Shown here: piece after piece, positions 49,649-60,196 of the stretch
Layout: each line of letters begins with the position of its first letter
Numbering within the stretch: the first letter of the stretch is position 1
Origin: Synechococcus sp.
Lineage (GTDB): Bacteria > Cyanobacteriota > Cyanobacteriia > PCC-6307 > Cyanobiaceae
Reading direction: 5' to 3'
Length of the DNA stretch: 64,000 nucleotides
Assembly (NCBI GenBank): GCA_047284725.1
Contig: JBJBEO010000001.1
Coordinates: forward strand, 640,001-704,000
Notes under the pieces: model-generated
What the model saw: only the letters and a program-made list of their open reading frames with translations
Databases searched by the model: none
What the model was told of the DNA's origin: nothing
Made by a program: the position numbers and the translations under genes

Positions 49649-50965
49649 TTAAAGCGGTGCCCCCTCGGCCGAGCCACAGCGCTCGAGTTGGGCTCCCGTG
49701 GCCGTGAGTTTGGCCTCAATCGCGTCGTAACCCCTGTCGAGATGGTTGAGACCCGACACCTTGCTCGTGCCTCGGGCAATCAGAGCGGCCAGCACCATGG
49801 CTGCTGCGGCTCGCAGATCGCTGCCTGTCACGGGTGCTGCGCTGAGCTGAGACACGCCTTCCACGACAGCGGTGTTGCCCTGCAGGCGAATGGAGGCGCC
49901 CATGCGTTGCAGCTCAGCGACGTGTTGCATGCGGTTCTCGTAAATCTTTTCGGTGATCACGCTGGTGCCCTTGGCCGTCGTTAGAAGCGCCATGAAGGGA
50001 GCTTGAAGATCGGTGGGAAAGCCTGGGAAGGGTTGGGTCGTGATGTCGACGCCGCAGATTTCACCCGGTGTGATTGTGATGCCGTCCTCCTCGATCTCGA
50101 GCTTGCAGCCGCAGTCGCGAAGCTTCTGAAGCACGGCGCTGAGGTGCTCAGGAATGACCGGGGCAACCCGCATCGGTGAACGGGTAATGGCTGCAGCAAG
50201 CAGAAAGGTGCCGGCTTCGATGCGATCGGGAATGACCGGATAGCGGCACTCCTGCAGTGTGTCGACGCCTTCGATCGTGATGGTGGGCCCGCCTGCACCA
50301 CTGATGCGTGCCCCCATGGTGTTGAGCAGGTTGGCGAGATCCTGAACCTCAGGTTCCTGGGCGGCGTTTTCGATCACGCTGGTGCCTTCTGCCAGAACGG
50401 CCGCCATCAGAATCGTTTCTGTGGCCCCAACGCTTGGGCAGTCGAGAACGATGGAGGCCCCTTGAAGTCGGCGGCTGCTCCCGGGAACGGCAGCGGACAC
50501 AACCCCATGTTCCACATTGACGACGGCTCCGAGGGCCTTCAGCCCTCGGATGTGTTCCACAACGGGTCGAGCACCAATCCTGCATCCGCCGGGGAGGGGC
50601 ACCTTGGCTTGGCCAAGGCGACCGAGCAAAGGCCCGATGGCAAAGAAACTGGCTCGCAGTCCATTCACCAATTCATAGGGAGGTTCGCCATGGCGAAGCT
50701 CGCTGGCATTGATGTGAACCGTTTCATGGCTGCGGACCACATCCACGCCAAGGGCCGTGAGAATGTCAGCCATCCCGTCAATGTCGGTGAGCTGAGGCAC
50801 GTTGGTGAGGGTGACCGGCTTATCGCTGAGGAGAGCGGCGGTCATCAGCACCAGGGCTGAATTCTTGGCGCCACTCACGCGCAGTTCGCCAAGGAGGCGT
50901 TTTCCTCCAGTGACCTCCAGATGCGGCTTGAGAATCTCCTGAGACACAGGCGCCACAGCCGGCAT
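49649..50965 (-). CDS. murA: UDP-N-acetylglucosamine 1-carboxyvinyltransferase
   Basis: SGAKNS, LPGGCRIGARP, DRIEAGT, PGFPTDLQ, DLRA. Confidence 0.97.
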   Translation of the reverse strand: MPAVAPVSQEILKPHLEVTGGKRLLGELRVSGAKNSALVLMTAALLSDKPVTLTNVPQLTDIDGMADILTALGVDVVRSHETVHINASELRHGEPPYELVNGLRASFFAIGPLLGRLGQAKVPLPGGCRIGARPVVEHIRGLKALGAVVNVEHGVVSAAVPGSSRRLQGASIVLDCPSVGATETILMAAVLAEGTSVIENAAQEPEVQDLANLLNTMGARISGAGGPTITIEGVDTLQECRYPVIPDRIEAGTFLLAAAITRSPMRVAPVIPEHLSAVLQKLRDCGCKLEIEEDGITITPGEICGVDITTQPFPGFPTDLQAPFMALLTTAKGTSVITEKIYENRMQHVAELQRMGASIRLQGNTAVVEGVSQLSAAPVTGSDLRAAAAMVLAALIARGTSKVSGLNHLDRGYDAIEAKLTATGAQLERCGSAEGAPL

Positions 50966-51124
50966 GGCAGAGCAGAGGGTGAGATTAGTTCACATTTTTA
51001 CAAGCGTGTCTGAGACTGTCTAGACGGCCGGCCCTCAAACTGGATCGATCGGTTTGAAGGTTCATCCCGTGGGTAGGGGTGGTCGATGGCTTAAGGTCAT
51101 GCACGTCGCGATGGCGACACGCCA

Positions 51125-51208
51125 GCGGATGTGGCGGAATTGGTAGACGCGCTAGTTTCAGGTACTAGTGGCAGCAATGTCGTGGGAGTTCAAGTCTCCC
51201 CATCCGCA
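51125..51208 (+). tRNA. tRNA-Leu(CAG)
   Basis: GCGGATG/CATCCGC acceptor stem, anticodon arm CTAGT-TT-CAG-GT-ACTAG. Confidence 0.97.
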
Positions 51209-51245
51209 CTACTTTGAAGGGGTCATCAACGACGTTGTCCCCATC

Positions 51246-51494
51246 ATGATTGTTTTAAAGATCTCCAATTCTTCGGAGGTTGTGGCTTCGAAGGTGGGGA
51301 AGTTTCTGGAATTTCTGACTCCGGATTCAATCGACGCTGCAGCTGTGGAAGACCAGGTGATCAAGAAGCTGGTTGAAAACCTCACGGCTGAAGGCATCAA
51401 AGGTGAAATCGCAGCGGTGAAAGGTCTCGACCTGGATGGACAGGAGCTCAGTCTTCATGACGGTATGAAGGTGCGAAAGCACACATCCTTCTGA
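51246..51494 (+). CDS. Hypothetical protein
   Basis: MIVLKISNSSEVVASKVGKFLE...ENLTAEGIKGEI; host-like codon use. Confidence 0.75.
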   Translation: MIVLKISNSSEVVASKVGKFLEFLTPDSIDAAAVEDQVIKKLVENLTAEGIKGEIAAVKGLDLDGQELSLHDGMKVRKHTSF

Positions 51495-51511
51495 TTCTCT
51501 CGGGCTGAACC

Positions 51512-52369
51512 GTGGAGCAGCCAATCATCACCAGCCGTCGCAATCCTCTGGTCAGGCGTCTGCGGGCTTTGGCGGCCCGTAAGGGGCGTGACCAGGAGGG
51601 CCTGCTTCTGCTGGAAGGGACGCATCTGGTGCAGGAATTGGTTGCTCTCTTGCAGCATCAGCAGGATGTCTTGGACCTGGTTGCCACGCCTGCATGGATG
51701 GATGCCCATGCGGCCTTGCTGGCCCGTTTTGCCTGCGCACCACGGCTTCAGCTGGTGAGTGAGGAGGTTCTTCAGGCGGCTCTCACCACGGTTCACCCCG
51801 ATGGAGTGGCCGCTTTGATTTCCTTGAGCTGTCTGCCAACGCTGCCGACGGATCCCACGTTTGTCTTGGCGCTCGATCGTCTTCAGGATCCTGGCAACCT
51901 CGGGACTCTCATTCGCACAGCCCTTGCTGCTGACGTCGATCTGCTCTGGCAAGGCTCAGGAGCGGATCCTTTGAGTCCCAAGGTGGTGCGAAGCTCCGCT
52001 GGAGCGGTGCTGCGCCTCCCCCATCAGCGTTTTGGCCCTTCGGAACAGGATGGGGTCGGTGAACTCCGTCAAGCTCTGCTGCAGGCACGTGACCGAGGCC
52101 TGCAGGTCGTCGCCACCCTGGTGCCCGGGGCCGGCGCTCCCGTGCCGGTCTGTCCTTACTGGGAGCTCGACTGGACGCGGCCCACCGTTTTGGTGCTTGG
52201 CAATGAAGGCAGGGGCTTGCACCCAGATCTGCTGGCCTGTTGCAGCCATGGCGCCACTCTTCCCCACAGCTCGGCTGTGGAGTCGTTGAATGTGGCATCT
52301 GCGGCCGTTCCTCTCCTCCTGGAGCGGCGAAGGGCGACAATGGCCGCTACCTCGCAGCAGTCCGGGTGA
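51512..52369 (+). CDS. TrmH/SpoU-family RNA methyltransferase
   Basis: DRLQDPGNLGTLIR, GNEGRG, ESLNVASA. Confidence 0.9.
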   Translation: MEQPIITSRRNPLVRRLRALAARKGRDQEGLLLLEGTHLVQELVALLQHQQDVLDLVATPAWMDAHAALLARFACAPRLQLVSEEVLQAALTTVHPDGVAALISLSCLPTLPTDPTFVLALDRLQDPGNLGTLIRTALAADVDLLWQGSGADPLSPKVVRSSAGAVLRLPHQRFGPSEQDGVGELRQALLQARDRGLQVVATLVPGAGAPVPVCPYWELDWTRPTVLVLGNEGRGLHPDLLACCSHGATLPHSSAVESLNVASAAVPLLLERRRATMAATSQQSG

Positions 52370-53808
52370 GCGACGCCAGTTTCGACTTCGATGTGATCGT
52401 GATCGGTGCAGGCTATGGCGGCTTCGATGCCGCCAAGCATGCCGCTGATCATGGTCTGAAGGTGGCGATCATCGAGTCCCGCGATATGGGCGGGACTTGT
52501 GTGAATCGTGGTTGCGTGCCTTCCAAGGCTCTGTTGGCGGCCAGTGGTCGCGTGCGCGAACTGGCTGATGCAGAGCATCTTCAGGGCTTTGGCATTCATT
52601 CCGCTCCCGTGCGTTTCGAGCGCCAGAAGATCGCCGACCATGCCAACCAGCTGGTGGCCACGATCCGCAGCAACCTCACCAAGACCCTCGAGCGGTCTGG
52701 AGTGACGATCATTCGCGGTCAGGGTCGCCTGGAAGGCCTTCAAAAGGTTGGTGTGCGTGAGATCAGTGGCGTTGATCGCGTGCTCAGCGCCCGCGATGTG
52801 ATCCTGGCCACGGGTTCAGATCCCTTTGTTCCGCCTGGGATCGAGACCGACGGGCGCAGTGTGTTCACCAGTGATGAAGCGGTGAATCTGGAATGGCTGC
52901 CGCGCTGGATCGCCATTATCGGCAGTGGCTACATCGGGCTTGAATTTGCCGACGTTTACACAGCTCTGGGGTGTGAGGTCACCATGATCGAGGCCCTTGA
53001 TCGGGTGATGCCAACCTTTGATCCCGACATCGCCAAGTTGGCCGCTCGCAAGTTGATCGATGGCCGCGACATCGATGCCCGTTCAGGGGTGCTGGCCAAG
53101 TCGATCCAACCAGGTGCACCCGTTCAGATCGAGTTGGTCGATATGCAGACCAAGGAGCCGGTGGAAACCCTTGAAGTGGATGCTGTGCTCGTGGCCACAG
53201 GGCGGGTGCCCAGCAGTAAAGACCTCAACCTTGAGGCCCTTGGTATTGAGACCAACCGTGGCTTTGTGCCGATCGACGACAGCATGCGGGTGCTTGTGAA
53301 CGGTGAGCCCGTTCCCAATCTTTGGGCGGTTGGTGATGTCACCGGGAAGCTGATGCTCGCCCACACTGCCGCTGCTCAGGGCACCGTGGCGGTCGACAAC
53401 ATCCTTGGCCATCACCGCCAGATTGATTACCGCAGCATTCCCGCAGCGACGTTCACCCACCCTGAGATCAGTTCGGTGGGCCTGAGTGAAGTCGATGCCA
53501 GGCAACTGGCGACCGACCAGGGCTTTGAACTCGGGGTGGTGCGCAGCTATTTCAAGGCCAATTCCAAGGCGCTGGCAGAACTGGAGAGCGAGGGCCTGAT
53601 GAAGTTGCTGTTCAACAAAGTCTCAGGCGAGGTGCTGGGGGCGCACATCTACGGCCTCCATGCCGCTGATCTGATTCAAGAGGTGGCGAATGCAGTGGCT
53701 CGCCGTCAGAGCGTGCGTCAGCTCTCCACTGAAGTGCACACCCATCCCACCCTCAGTGAGGTGGTCGAAGTGGCCTACAAGCAGGCTGCTCACGCCCTGG
53801 CCGCCTGA
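52366..53808 (+). CDS. lpdA: Dihydrolipoamide dehydrogenase
   Basis: [35 protein letters not shown]. Confidence 0.96.
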   Translation: MSDASFDFDVIVIGAGYGGFDAAKHAADHGLKVAIIESRDMGGTCVNRGCVPSKALLAASGRVRELADAEHLQGFGIHSAPVRFERQKIADHANQLVATIRSNLTKTLERSGVTIIRGQGRLEGLQKVGVREISGVDRVLSARDVILATGSDPFVPPGIETDGRSVFTSDEAVNLEWLPRWIAIIGSGYIGLEFADVYTALGCEVTMIEALDRVMPTFDPDIAKLAARKLIDGRDIDARSGVLAKSIQPGAPVQIELVDMQTKEPVETLEVDAVLVATGRVPSSKDLNLEALGIETNRGFVPIDDSMRVLVNGEPVPNLWAVGDVTGKLMLAHTAAAQGTVAVDNILGHHRQIDYRSIPAATFTHPEISSVGLSEVDARQLATDQGFELGVVRSYFKANSKALAELESEGLMKLLFNKVSGEVLGAHIYGLHAADLIQEVANAVARRQSVRQLSTEVHTHPTLSEVVEVAYKQAAHALAA

Positions 53809-53819
53809 GGAGACGAGTG

Positions 53820-54704
53820 ATGCAGATCCGCCGCAGACCTCCGAATCCCAAGGTGAAAGTTGCTCACCTGGAGTACGCCATCCCCCATGAGGAGGGAGAG
53901 CCCCGCAACATCCTTGAAAAAATCGTCTGGGAAAAGGACCGCGAGGTGGCGAAAGCGCGTGAGCGTATGCCGTTGCAGCAGCTCAAGGCCAAGGTCGCTG
54001 GATTGCCACCAGCCAGAGACTTCCTCGCTGCTCTGCGTGGGGCGACCACCACGCCGGCTGTGATTGCTGAGGTGAAGAAAGCCAGCCCCAGCAAGGGTGT
54101 GATTCGCGAGGACTTTGATCCGGTTGCGATCGCCAAGGCCTACGCCAAGGCTGGAGCCAGCTGCTTATCGGTGCTCACCGACAAGAGCTTCTTTCAGGGA
54201 GGCTTTGATGTGCTGGTGGAGGTGCGCGATGCAGTGGCGTTGCCTCTGCTGTGCAAAGACTTCATCCTGACCCCTTACCAGCTCTATCAGGCCAGGGCTG
54301 CAGGGGCTGATGCGGCCTTGCTGATCGCTGCAATTCTCACGGATCAGGATCTCTCCTACCTCAGCAAAGTGGCCAAATCCCTTGATTTGACTGTTCTGGT
54401 TGAGGTTCACGATGCAGAGGAGCTGGAGCGGGTGCTCAACGTGGGTGGCTTCCCGTTGATTGGGATCAACAATCGTGATCTCACCACGTTTGAAACAGAC
54501 CTTGGCACCACCGAGCGTCTGATGGAACAGTTCGCATCCCGTCTGGACGAGCAGGGTGCCCTGTTGGTGAGTGAATCGGGACTGTTCCTGCGCAGTGATC
54601 TTGATCGTGTTCAGAGGGCTGGTGCTGGGGCCGTGCTGGTGGGTGAAGCGCTGATGCGTCAGGACGACGTGGAAGCAGGGTTGCGCAGCCTGATAGGAGG
54701 CTGA
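53820..54704 (+). CDS. trpC: Indole-3-glycerol phosphate synthase
   Basis: [32 protein letters not shown]. Confidence 0.97.
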   Translation: MQIRRRPPNPKVKVAHLEYAIPHEEGEPRNILEKIVWEKDREVAKARERMPLQQLKAKVAGLPPARDFLAALRGATTTPAVIAEVKKASPSKGVIREDFDPVAIAKAYAKAGASCLSVLTDKSFFQGGFDVLVEVRDAVALPLLCKDFILTPYQLYQARAAGADAALLIAAILTDQDLSYLSKVAKSLDLTVLVEVHDAEELERVLNVGGFPLIGINNRDLTTFETDLGTTERLMEQFASRLDEQGALLVSESGLFLRSDLDRVQRAGAGAVLVGEALMRQDDVEAGLRSLIGG

Positions 54705-54771
54705 GCCGCTGACGGTTGAGACGTGCCATGCGTTCACGTCAGGTTGGTCTTGCCCAGGCTTGCATCAGCAG

Positions 54772-54803
54772 AAAAACAAGCCCCCGCTTCGGTGGGGGCT
54801 TGT
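54772..54803 (-). terminator. Rho-independent terminator of sodB
   Basis: ACAAGCCCCCGC-ttcg-GTGGGGGCTTGT stem with an A tract on the left (U-tail on minus strand). Confidence 0.85.
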
Positions 54804-54823
54804 GAATGCTTCGAAAGAGATCT

Positions 54824-55423
54824 TCAGGCGGCAGCGAGGTTGGCGGCAACGAAGTCCCAGTTGACCAGCTTGTCGAGATAGGTGGTCATGTAGTCGGGCC
54901 GACGATTCTGATAGTCGAGGTAGTAGGCGTGCTCCCAAACATCCATGGTGAGCAGAGCCTTCTGGCCGTGGGCGAGGGGAAGATCCGCGTTGGCGGTCTT
55001 GGTGACCTTCAGTGTGCCGTTGTCGAGCACCAACCAGGCCCAGCCACTGCCGAACTGGGTCGCACCTGCAGTCTTGAACTGTTCAACAAAGGCGTCGTAG
55101 CTGCCGAAATCGGAGTTGATCTTGTCCAGCAGAGCGCCGCTGGGCTGGCCACCGCCACCGGGCTTCATGCACTGCCAGTAGAAGCTGTGGTTCCACACCT
55201 GAGCGGCGTTGTTGAACACACCAGCCTTGCTTGCGTCGCCGGCCACGGCGCTGATGGTGTCTTCGAGGCTCTTGCCATCGAGATCCGTGCCTTCAACCGC
55301 CTTGTTCAGGTTGGTGACGTAGGCATTGTGGTGCTTGCCGTGGTGAAACTCGAGCGTGGAACGGGAGATATGGGGCTCCAGCGCATCGATGGCGTAGGGA
55401 AGCTGGGGAAGGGTATGGGCCAT
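54824..55423 (-). CDS. sodB: Fe-type superoxide dismutase
   Basis: [20 protein letters not shown] (Fe-type AQ), [15 protein letters not shown]. Confidence 0.93.
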   Translation of the reverse strand: MAHTLPQLPYAIDALEPHISRSTLEFHHGKHHNAYVTNLNKAVEGTDLDGKSLEDTISAVAGDASKAGVFNNAAQVWNHSFYWQCMKPGGGGQPSGALLDKINSDFGSYDAFVEQFKTAGATQFGSGWAWLVLDNGTLKVTKTANADLPLAHGQKALLTMDVWEHAYYLDYQNRRPDYMTTYLDKLVNWDFVAANLAAA

Positions 55424-55488
55424 GAAGGAGGCGGATCAGCGGCGGGATCCTAACGAGAGCTCCGCCGCGAAGGGCCAGGAGGGCTGGA

Positions 55489-56109
55489 TCAGCCCTTCAC
55501 CTCCAACAGTTCCACTTCAAAGATGAGGGTGGCATTGGGGGGAATGACGCCTCCGGCACCACGGGCGCCGTAGCCAAGGTCGGGGGGGATCACCAGCTTG
55601 CGCTTACCCCCGACTTTCATGCCCTGCACCCCTTCGTCCCAGCCTTTGATCACCCGTCCAGCGCCAAGGGGGAAGCTGAAGGGCTGACCGCGGTCGTAGC
55701 TGGCATCGAATTGGCTGCCATCGTCAAGGGTGCCGCGGTAGTGGACCACCACGGTCTGGCCTGCACTGGCTTCATCACCGGTGCCGACCTCAAGGTCGGT
55801 GTACTGAAGACCACTGTCTGTGATCTGGGGTTTGTCAACGGTCATCGGACCTCCTAAAGCTGATGCATCGGCCTGAAGAGTCTCGGTTGCCATCGCGAAC
55901 AGGGTGGGGTTGGAGTCTTCCGGGTCGAGTTCCATGGGAGACGATGCCAGGGCCTCGGCAGTGGCCCCGCTGCGGGCCATCACTGGAACGGCAGTCGTGC
56001 CGCTGGTGGGTTGAGCAGCAACCACAGTGGAAGGGGCCACAATTTGGCTGACAAGAGCCACGAGAAGGCAGGTCACGCAGACTGCGGTACTGATCAGGAT
56101 GTCGCGCAC
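55489..56109 (-). CDS. FKBP-type peptidyl-prolyl isomerase
   Basis: [44 protein letters not shown] start 56109. Confidence 0.95.
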   Translation of the reverse strand: MRDILISTAVCVTCLLVALVSQIVAPSTVVAAQPTSGTTAVPVMARSGATAEALASSPMELDPEDSNPTLFAMATETLQADASALGGPMTVDKPQITDSGLQYTDLEVGTGDEASAGQTVVVHYRGTLDDGSQFDASYDRGQPFSFPLGAGRVIKGWDEGVQGMKVGGKRKLVIPPDLGYGARGAGGVIPPNATLIFEVELLEVKG

Positions 56110-56147
56110 GTCGTTCGGCGTCGGAATTCGGCGCGATTCTGGCAGGT

Positions 56148-56480
56148 TCATTCCAGTCGCTCCCGCTGCTGGCGGACTTGCTGTTCGAGGCGATCGATGC
56201 GACCGCGCAATTCGTCGAGCTCCTTCTGACTGGCCAAACCCAGATCCTGAAGCAGATTGTCGCGGTTGCGCTCCAGATTTCTTCCCATCTGCTGTTCCAG
56301 CTCAGGCGTTTCACCCTTCAGGGCTTTGAGGACATCGTCGACGAGGGCCGAGGCGTGACTGGCATCCAGACGTCCGCTACTCACCCATTCCTGGGTGACG
56401 TAGCGGAGCCGATCGGCCACCAGGGTGGTGGTGCCGAGGCCTCGCAGAAGCAACTGCTGCAAGGGGTTGGCGCTCTCCAT
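56148..56480 (-). CDS. Phasin-like coiled-coil hypothetical protein
   Basis: [16 protein letters not shown]...[20 protein letters not shown]. Confidence 0.75.
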   Translation of the reverse strand: MESANPLQQLLLRGLGTTTLVADRLRYVTQEWVSSGRLDASHASALVDDVLKALKGETPELEQQMGRNLERNRDNLLQDLGLASQKELDELRGRIDRLEQQVRQQRERLE

Positions 56481-56535
56481 GACCGAGCATTGGGTACGGA
56501 TGTTCACAGGATGACTGGATCCCATGTCGGTGACC

Positions 56536-58038
56536 ATGGGCCATGAGCGATCGTTGGCTTGGCTGCAGGGATGCGCGGGCGGTGCCCTTGCGGGGCTGGC
56601 GCTCAGCGCTCCGGCTTGGTGTCCTTCTGGGCCATGGTTGATGCTGCCTGCGCTGGCTTTGCTCTGGGCCCTCACCTGTTGCCCAGCGGCTGCGGCGCTG
56701 TGGGGCGTGCTCGCTGTCTTGATCAGCCATCGCTGGTTGTTGGCGCTGCATCCCCTCACCTGGGTCGGGGTGCCGGCCCCTCTGAGTCTGCCGGTGGCGA
56801 TCGGTGTGTGGTTGATCTGTGGCCTTGTGGCTGCCGGTCTCGTCGGTGGCTGGGCCTGGCTCGCGGGCCGCTGTGATCCACGACGATGGAGCTCGATGCT
56901 GGTGCTCGCCTGTCTGTGGGGTGGCGCTGAGGTGGTCCTTGCCGGTTCGCCCTTGTTTTGGATCGGAGTGGGCGGAAGTCTTTTGCCGATCGATCCCTTT
57001 TGGGCTGGGTTGGCTCGCTGGTGCGGTGCCGGAGGCTTGGCAGCGATGCAGTTGGTCGCAGGCTGGTGGATCTGGCGCCTGGCGCGGTTGCGCGGTCGGG
57101 GGCGCCAGCGTTGGCTTGCCCTTGGGTTGCTGGTTTTGATTCTTCTGCATGGCCTGGGAGGCCGGGCCTTGATGCCAGTGGCCAATTCCAAACCTGAATC
57201 GCACTCCCCTCCCAGGCGAGTGGCCCTGTGGCAGCCCATGGTGCCGACCCGTGAAAAATTCCAGCCGGAGCAACAGCAGCGGCTTGCTGCAGGCTTTCAG
57301 TCAGCGTTGCTTTCGGCGCAGGACGCTGATGCTGACTGGTTGGTCGCCCCCGAGGGGACGTTGCCCCTCGAAACACGGTTGCTCGAGGCGGCTCCTGTCC
57401 CCTTGCTCAGCGGCGGGTTCCGCTGGGTAAGGGGGCAGCAGCGTAGTGCCCTGTTGCTGGTCAAGGCCGGCCAGCGCTTGCCCTCGCAGGCTCTAGACAA
57501 ACATCGTCTCGTTCCTCTGGGGGAATGGATTCCCACGTGGCTGTCGGCGTTGCCGGGGTTGTCGGCTGTGGGAGGAATCGAGCCCGGGGACGCATCGCGC
57601 CTCTGGCAGTGGTCTGGCCTCCCCCCGGCCGCCGTGGCCATCTGCTACGAGCTCAGCGATGGGGCGGCGTTGGCACAGGCCGTTCAAGACGGTGCGCAGT
57701 GGTTGCTGGCGATCGCCAACCTCGACCCTTATCCGCAGCTCCTGCAGCGTCAGTTTCTTGCCCTTGCGCAGCTTCGCAGCGTCGAAACGGCTCGGCCATT
57801 GCTGTGTGCGGCCAACTCCGGACCGACTGCATCCGTGTCGGCGCAAGGGATCGTGCTGGACCAACTCGCACAGATGCAGAGCGGTCTGCTGCTCACTGCC
57901 CTGCAGCCGCACATCGAACACTCCTTCTATGTGCGTTGGGGTGATCGTCCGTTGTGGATGGTCTTGATGGTCGCTGCCTTGTGTCGTTGTCGCTCCTGGT
58001 TGACGCGGCAAGTGCAGCGGTTTGGGCGATCACGCTGA
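56536..58038 (+). CDS. lnt: Apolipoprotein N-acyltransferase
   Basis: N-terminal TM block and nitrilase triad PEG, KHRLVPLGE, ICYE. Confidence 0.9.
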   Translation: MGHERSLAWLQGCAGGALAGLALSAPAWCPSGPWLMLPALALLWALTCCPAAAALWGVLAVLISHRWLLALHPLTWVGVPAPLSLPVAIGVWLICGLVAAGLVGGWAWLAGRCDPRRWSSMLVLACLWGGAEVVLAGSPLFWIGVGGSLLPIDPFWAGLARWCGAGGLAAMQLVAGWWIWRLARLRGRGRQRWLALGLLVLILLHGLGGRALMPVANSKPESHSPPRRVALWQPMVPTREKFQPEQQQRLAAGFQSALLSAQDADADWLVAPEGTLPLETRLLEAAPVPLLSGGFRWVRGQQRSALLLVKAGQRLPSQALDKHRLVPLGEWIPTWLSALPGLSAVGGIEPGDASRLWQWSGLPPAAVAICYELSDGAALAQAVQDGAQWLLAIANLDPYPQLLQRQFLALAQLRSVETARPLLCAANSGPTASVSAQGIVLDQLAQMQSGLLLTALQPHIEHSFYVRWGDRPLWMVLMVAALCRCRSWLTRQVQRFGRSR

Positions 58039-58053
58039 CGGATCGACAAGGAA

Positions 58054-60099
58054 TTAGATGTCAATCACCATTTGGTCTCTCCCTGAGTGTTTGGCTTGGT
58101 AGCAGGCAACGTCGGCTCGATGCATGATGTCGTCGATCGTGCCGTGGTCGAGGTTGCTTGCATTGAGGGAAAGAAGGCCAATGCTCGCCGTGACCCTGTA
58201 ATTGTTGTCGTGAAAGGTGATTGCTAAATCTCTGATTTCTCTCAGAAGCTTCTCGCCAATCAGTTGTGCATTTGCAGCGGGACAGTCTTTCAGAATGATG
58301 GCAAATTCATCGCCGCCAATACGCCCTGCAATGTCGTTCTTTCGGATCGTCTCGGTGAGGGTGTTGCAGATCTGGATGAGGACAGCATCTCCAGCCTGAT
58401 GGCCCTCATGGTCGTTGATTGGTTTGAAATGGTCGAGGTCGAGGTAGAGCAGGCAATTGTGGGTTTGATTCCGGCGTGATTCTTCGATCGCTTCCTCAAG
58501 TGCGGTGTGGAAGCCGCGACGATTGAGTAAATCAGTGAGGGGATCATGAACAGCCTGGATTCTGCTGAGTTTTGCCTGGGTCGATTCCTCCTGGTCTCTG
58601 GCTGTGACCACGAGCAGAAAAGCCTGGCCAATCATCGCTGTTAAAGCGAAGATGAGAAGAAGCTGTTGAGGATGATTGGAGAGCCTTGACTGGATGGCTT
58701 TTTCAGACGGTTCGAGGGCCAGCTGCCAGACGGCTCCTGCGTAGGGAATGGATGTTGAGACGATCCAGTCTTTTGCAATATTGTCTGCTCTGCCATAGGT
58801 GGCCAGCGGTTGATTGTCGTCTGTTGTCAGTGTCCACTGAATGAAGTTGGTTGTCGGTAAATCGCGACTGAAGGTGGAGCGCAGCATGTCTCCCATGCGT
58901 AAAACGCCAACGGCAAACCCTTGGAGTGTTCCGTCGTCATTGCGTGTGGGATCCAGAATGAGAACCCCTTGCTGACTGCCTTGTTCCTGAACAAGCTCGA
59001 TCGGGCTGGTAACCTGCAGCGAATTGGAGAGCTCCGCTGCTCGAATAGCTATCGCTCGCGAGTGATTGGAGAGGATGTCATACCCCAGGGCTGCTTGATT
59101 GGGTTCTTTCGGCTCGATCAGTGAAACCGGGATATAGCGTTGACGCTGTCTGGCTCTGATCAGCGAGCCATTGTCACTTCTTTCTGTGATCTGAAAGTCC
59201 TTGGAGTTGGTTTCCTGGAGTCGCTGTTTCTCGAAGCTGTCCCGCTTTTCTTGTGTGACGATCGGATTCCAGGACAGGCCGTGGAGTCCTGGATAGCGTT
59301 CGAAGACCTCGCTGGTGAATGAATGAAATTCCTCGGGGGAAACGTACTCGGAAGACAATTCAAATCTGCGCAACGAGTCGATGATTTCGCTGTATCTTTC
59401 CAGGTTGTTTGTCAGGGCTTGGCTGGTTTCTGCTGCTGTTGTTTTGATGCTGGACAATGCTTTTTGCTGATCGATCGTGATGGCCTGTGAAAAGGCGATC
59501 TGTGTGAGAAGTGCAAGGACGATTGAAGGGATCGCAATCTTGCATCGGCGCCCTTCCCACGCTGTGCTCATCTCAGGGAGAAGCATCAGTGTGATTGGCG
59601 TCATCACAACAACTCCCATGACATTGCCAGCCCACTCGCTGAAGACGGCGCTGAGGAGCTGTTCAGGGATCAGAACCTGATACGCCTTGATGGCGATGGC
59701 GCTGACCGAGCTTCCCACGAGGCAGCTGAGCGGCCCAGTGGCGAGGAGGAAGGAGATGATTTCTTTTGCTCGTCGCAGCTTTGGGATGGAACCACTGATG
59801 CGTCGACCGAGGCTGGCAGCCACCGTTGTTTGCAGGGTGACACCGAGGGCTAGAACAAAAGCCAGTGAAGGAGTGGCCGGGTGGAGAAAGAGGTTGAGCA
59901 GGAAGGAAGCCAGCCAGACTGCGGGAAGCAGGCCCACACCGTCGGCAATTACCAGGGCAACGGCGACCCCTGAGGCAGGCCAGAACGGATAGGCGTGACC
60001 GATGGCAGGCAGCAGCTCAATGCTCAACCAATTGAGCAGAAGCGTTCCTGCTATTAAGACAATCGAGCGCTTGACAAGATGGAGGGTCTTCCTGCTCAC
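58054..60099 (-). CDS. Membrane diguanylate cyclase (MASE1-CHASE-GGDEF)
   Basis: MASE1-like WPASG...W.GN.MG, CHASE-like ALGYD/TSPIELVQ, DPLTDLLNRR, DLDHFKPIND, GRIGGDEF, AKHSGR. Confidence 0.9.
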   Translation of the reverse strand: MSRKTLHLVKRSIVLIAGTLLLNWLSIELLPAIGHAYPFWPASGVAVALVIADGVGLLPAVWLASFLLNLFLHPATPSLAFVLALGVTLQTTVAASLGRRISGSIPKLRRAKEIISFLLATGPLSCLVGSSVSAIAIKAYQVLIPEQLLSAVFSEWAGNVMGVVVMTPITLMLLPEMSTAWEGRRCKIAIPSIVLALLTQIAFSQAITIDQQKALSSIKTTAAETSQALTNNLERYSEIIDSLRRFELSSEYVSPEEFHSFTSEVFERYPGLHGLSWNPIVTQEKRDSFEKQRLQETNSKDFQITERSDNGSLIRARQRQRYIPVSLIEPKEPNQAALGYDILSNHSRAIAIRAAELSNSLQVTSPIELVQEQGSQQGVLILDPTRNDDGTLQGFAVGVLRMGDMLRSTFSRDLPTTNFIQWTLTTDDNQPLATYGRADNIAKDWIVSTSIPYAGAVWQLALEPSEKAIQSRLSNHPQQLLLIFALTAMIGQAFLLVVTARDQEESTQAKLSRIQAVHDPLTDLLNRRGFHTALEEAIEESRRNQTHNCLLYLDLDHFKPINDHEGHQAGDAVLIQICNTLTETIRKNDIAGRIGGDEFAIILKDCPAANAQLIGEKLLREIRDLAITFHDNNYRVTASIGLLSLNASNLDHGTIDDIMHRADVACYQAKHSGRDQMVIDI

Positions 60100-60196
60100 A
60101 CTCCCATGCCTCTGAGAGGAATCTCGTCTAGATTCCTAGTTTGACAATCCTCCGCTGAATCAGCCTCTGGTTGTCCAGGATTGTGGATCAGCGCAT

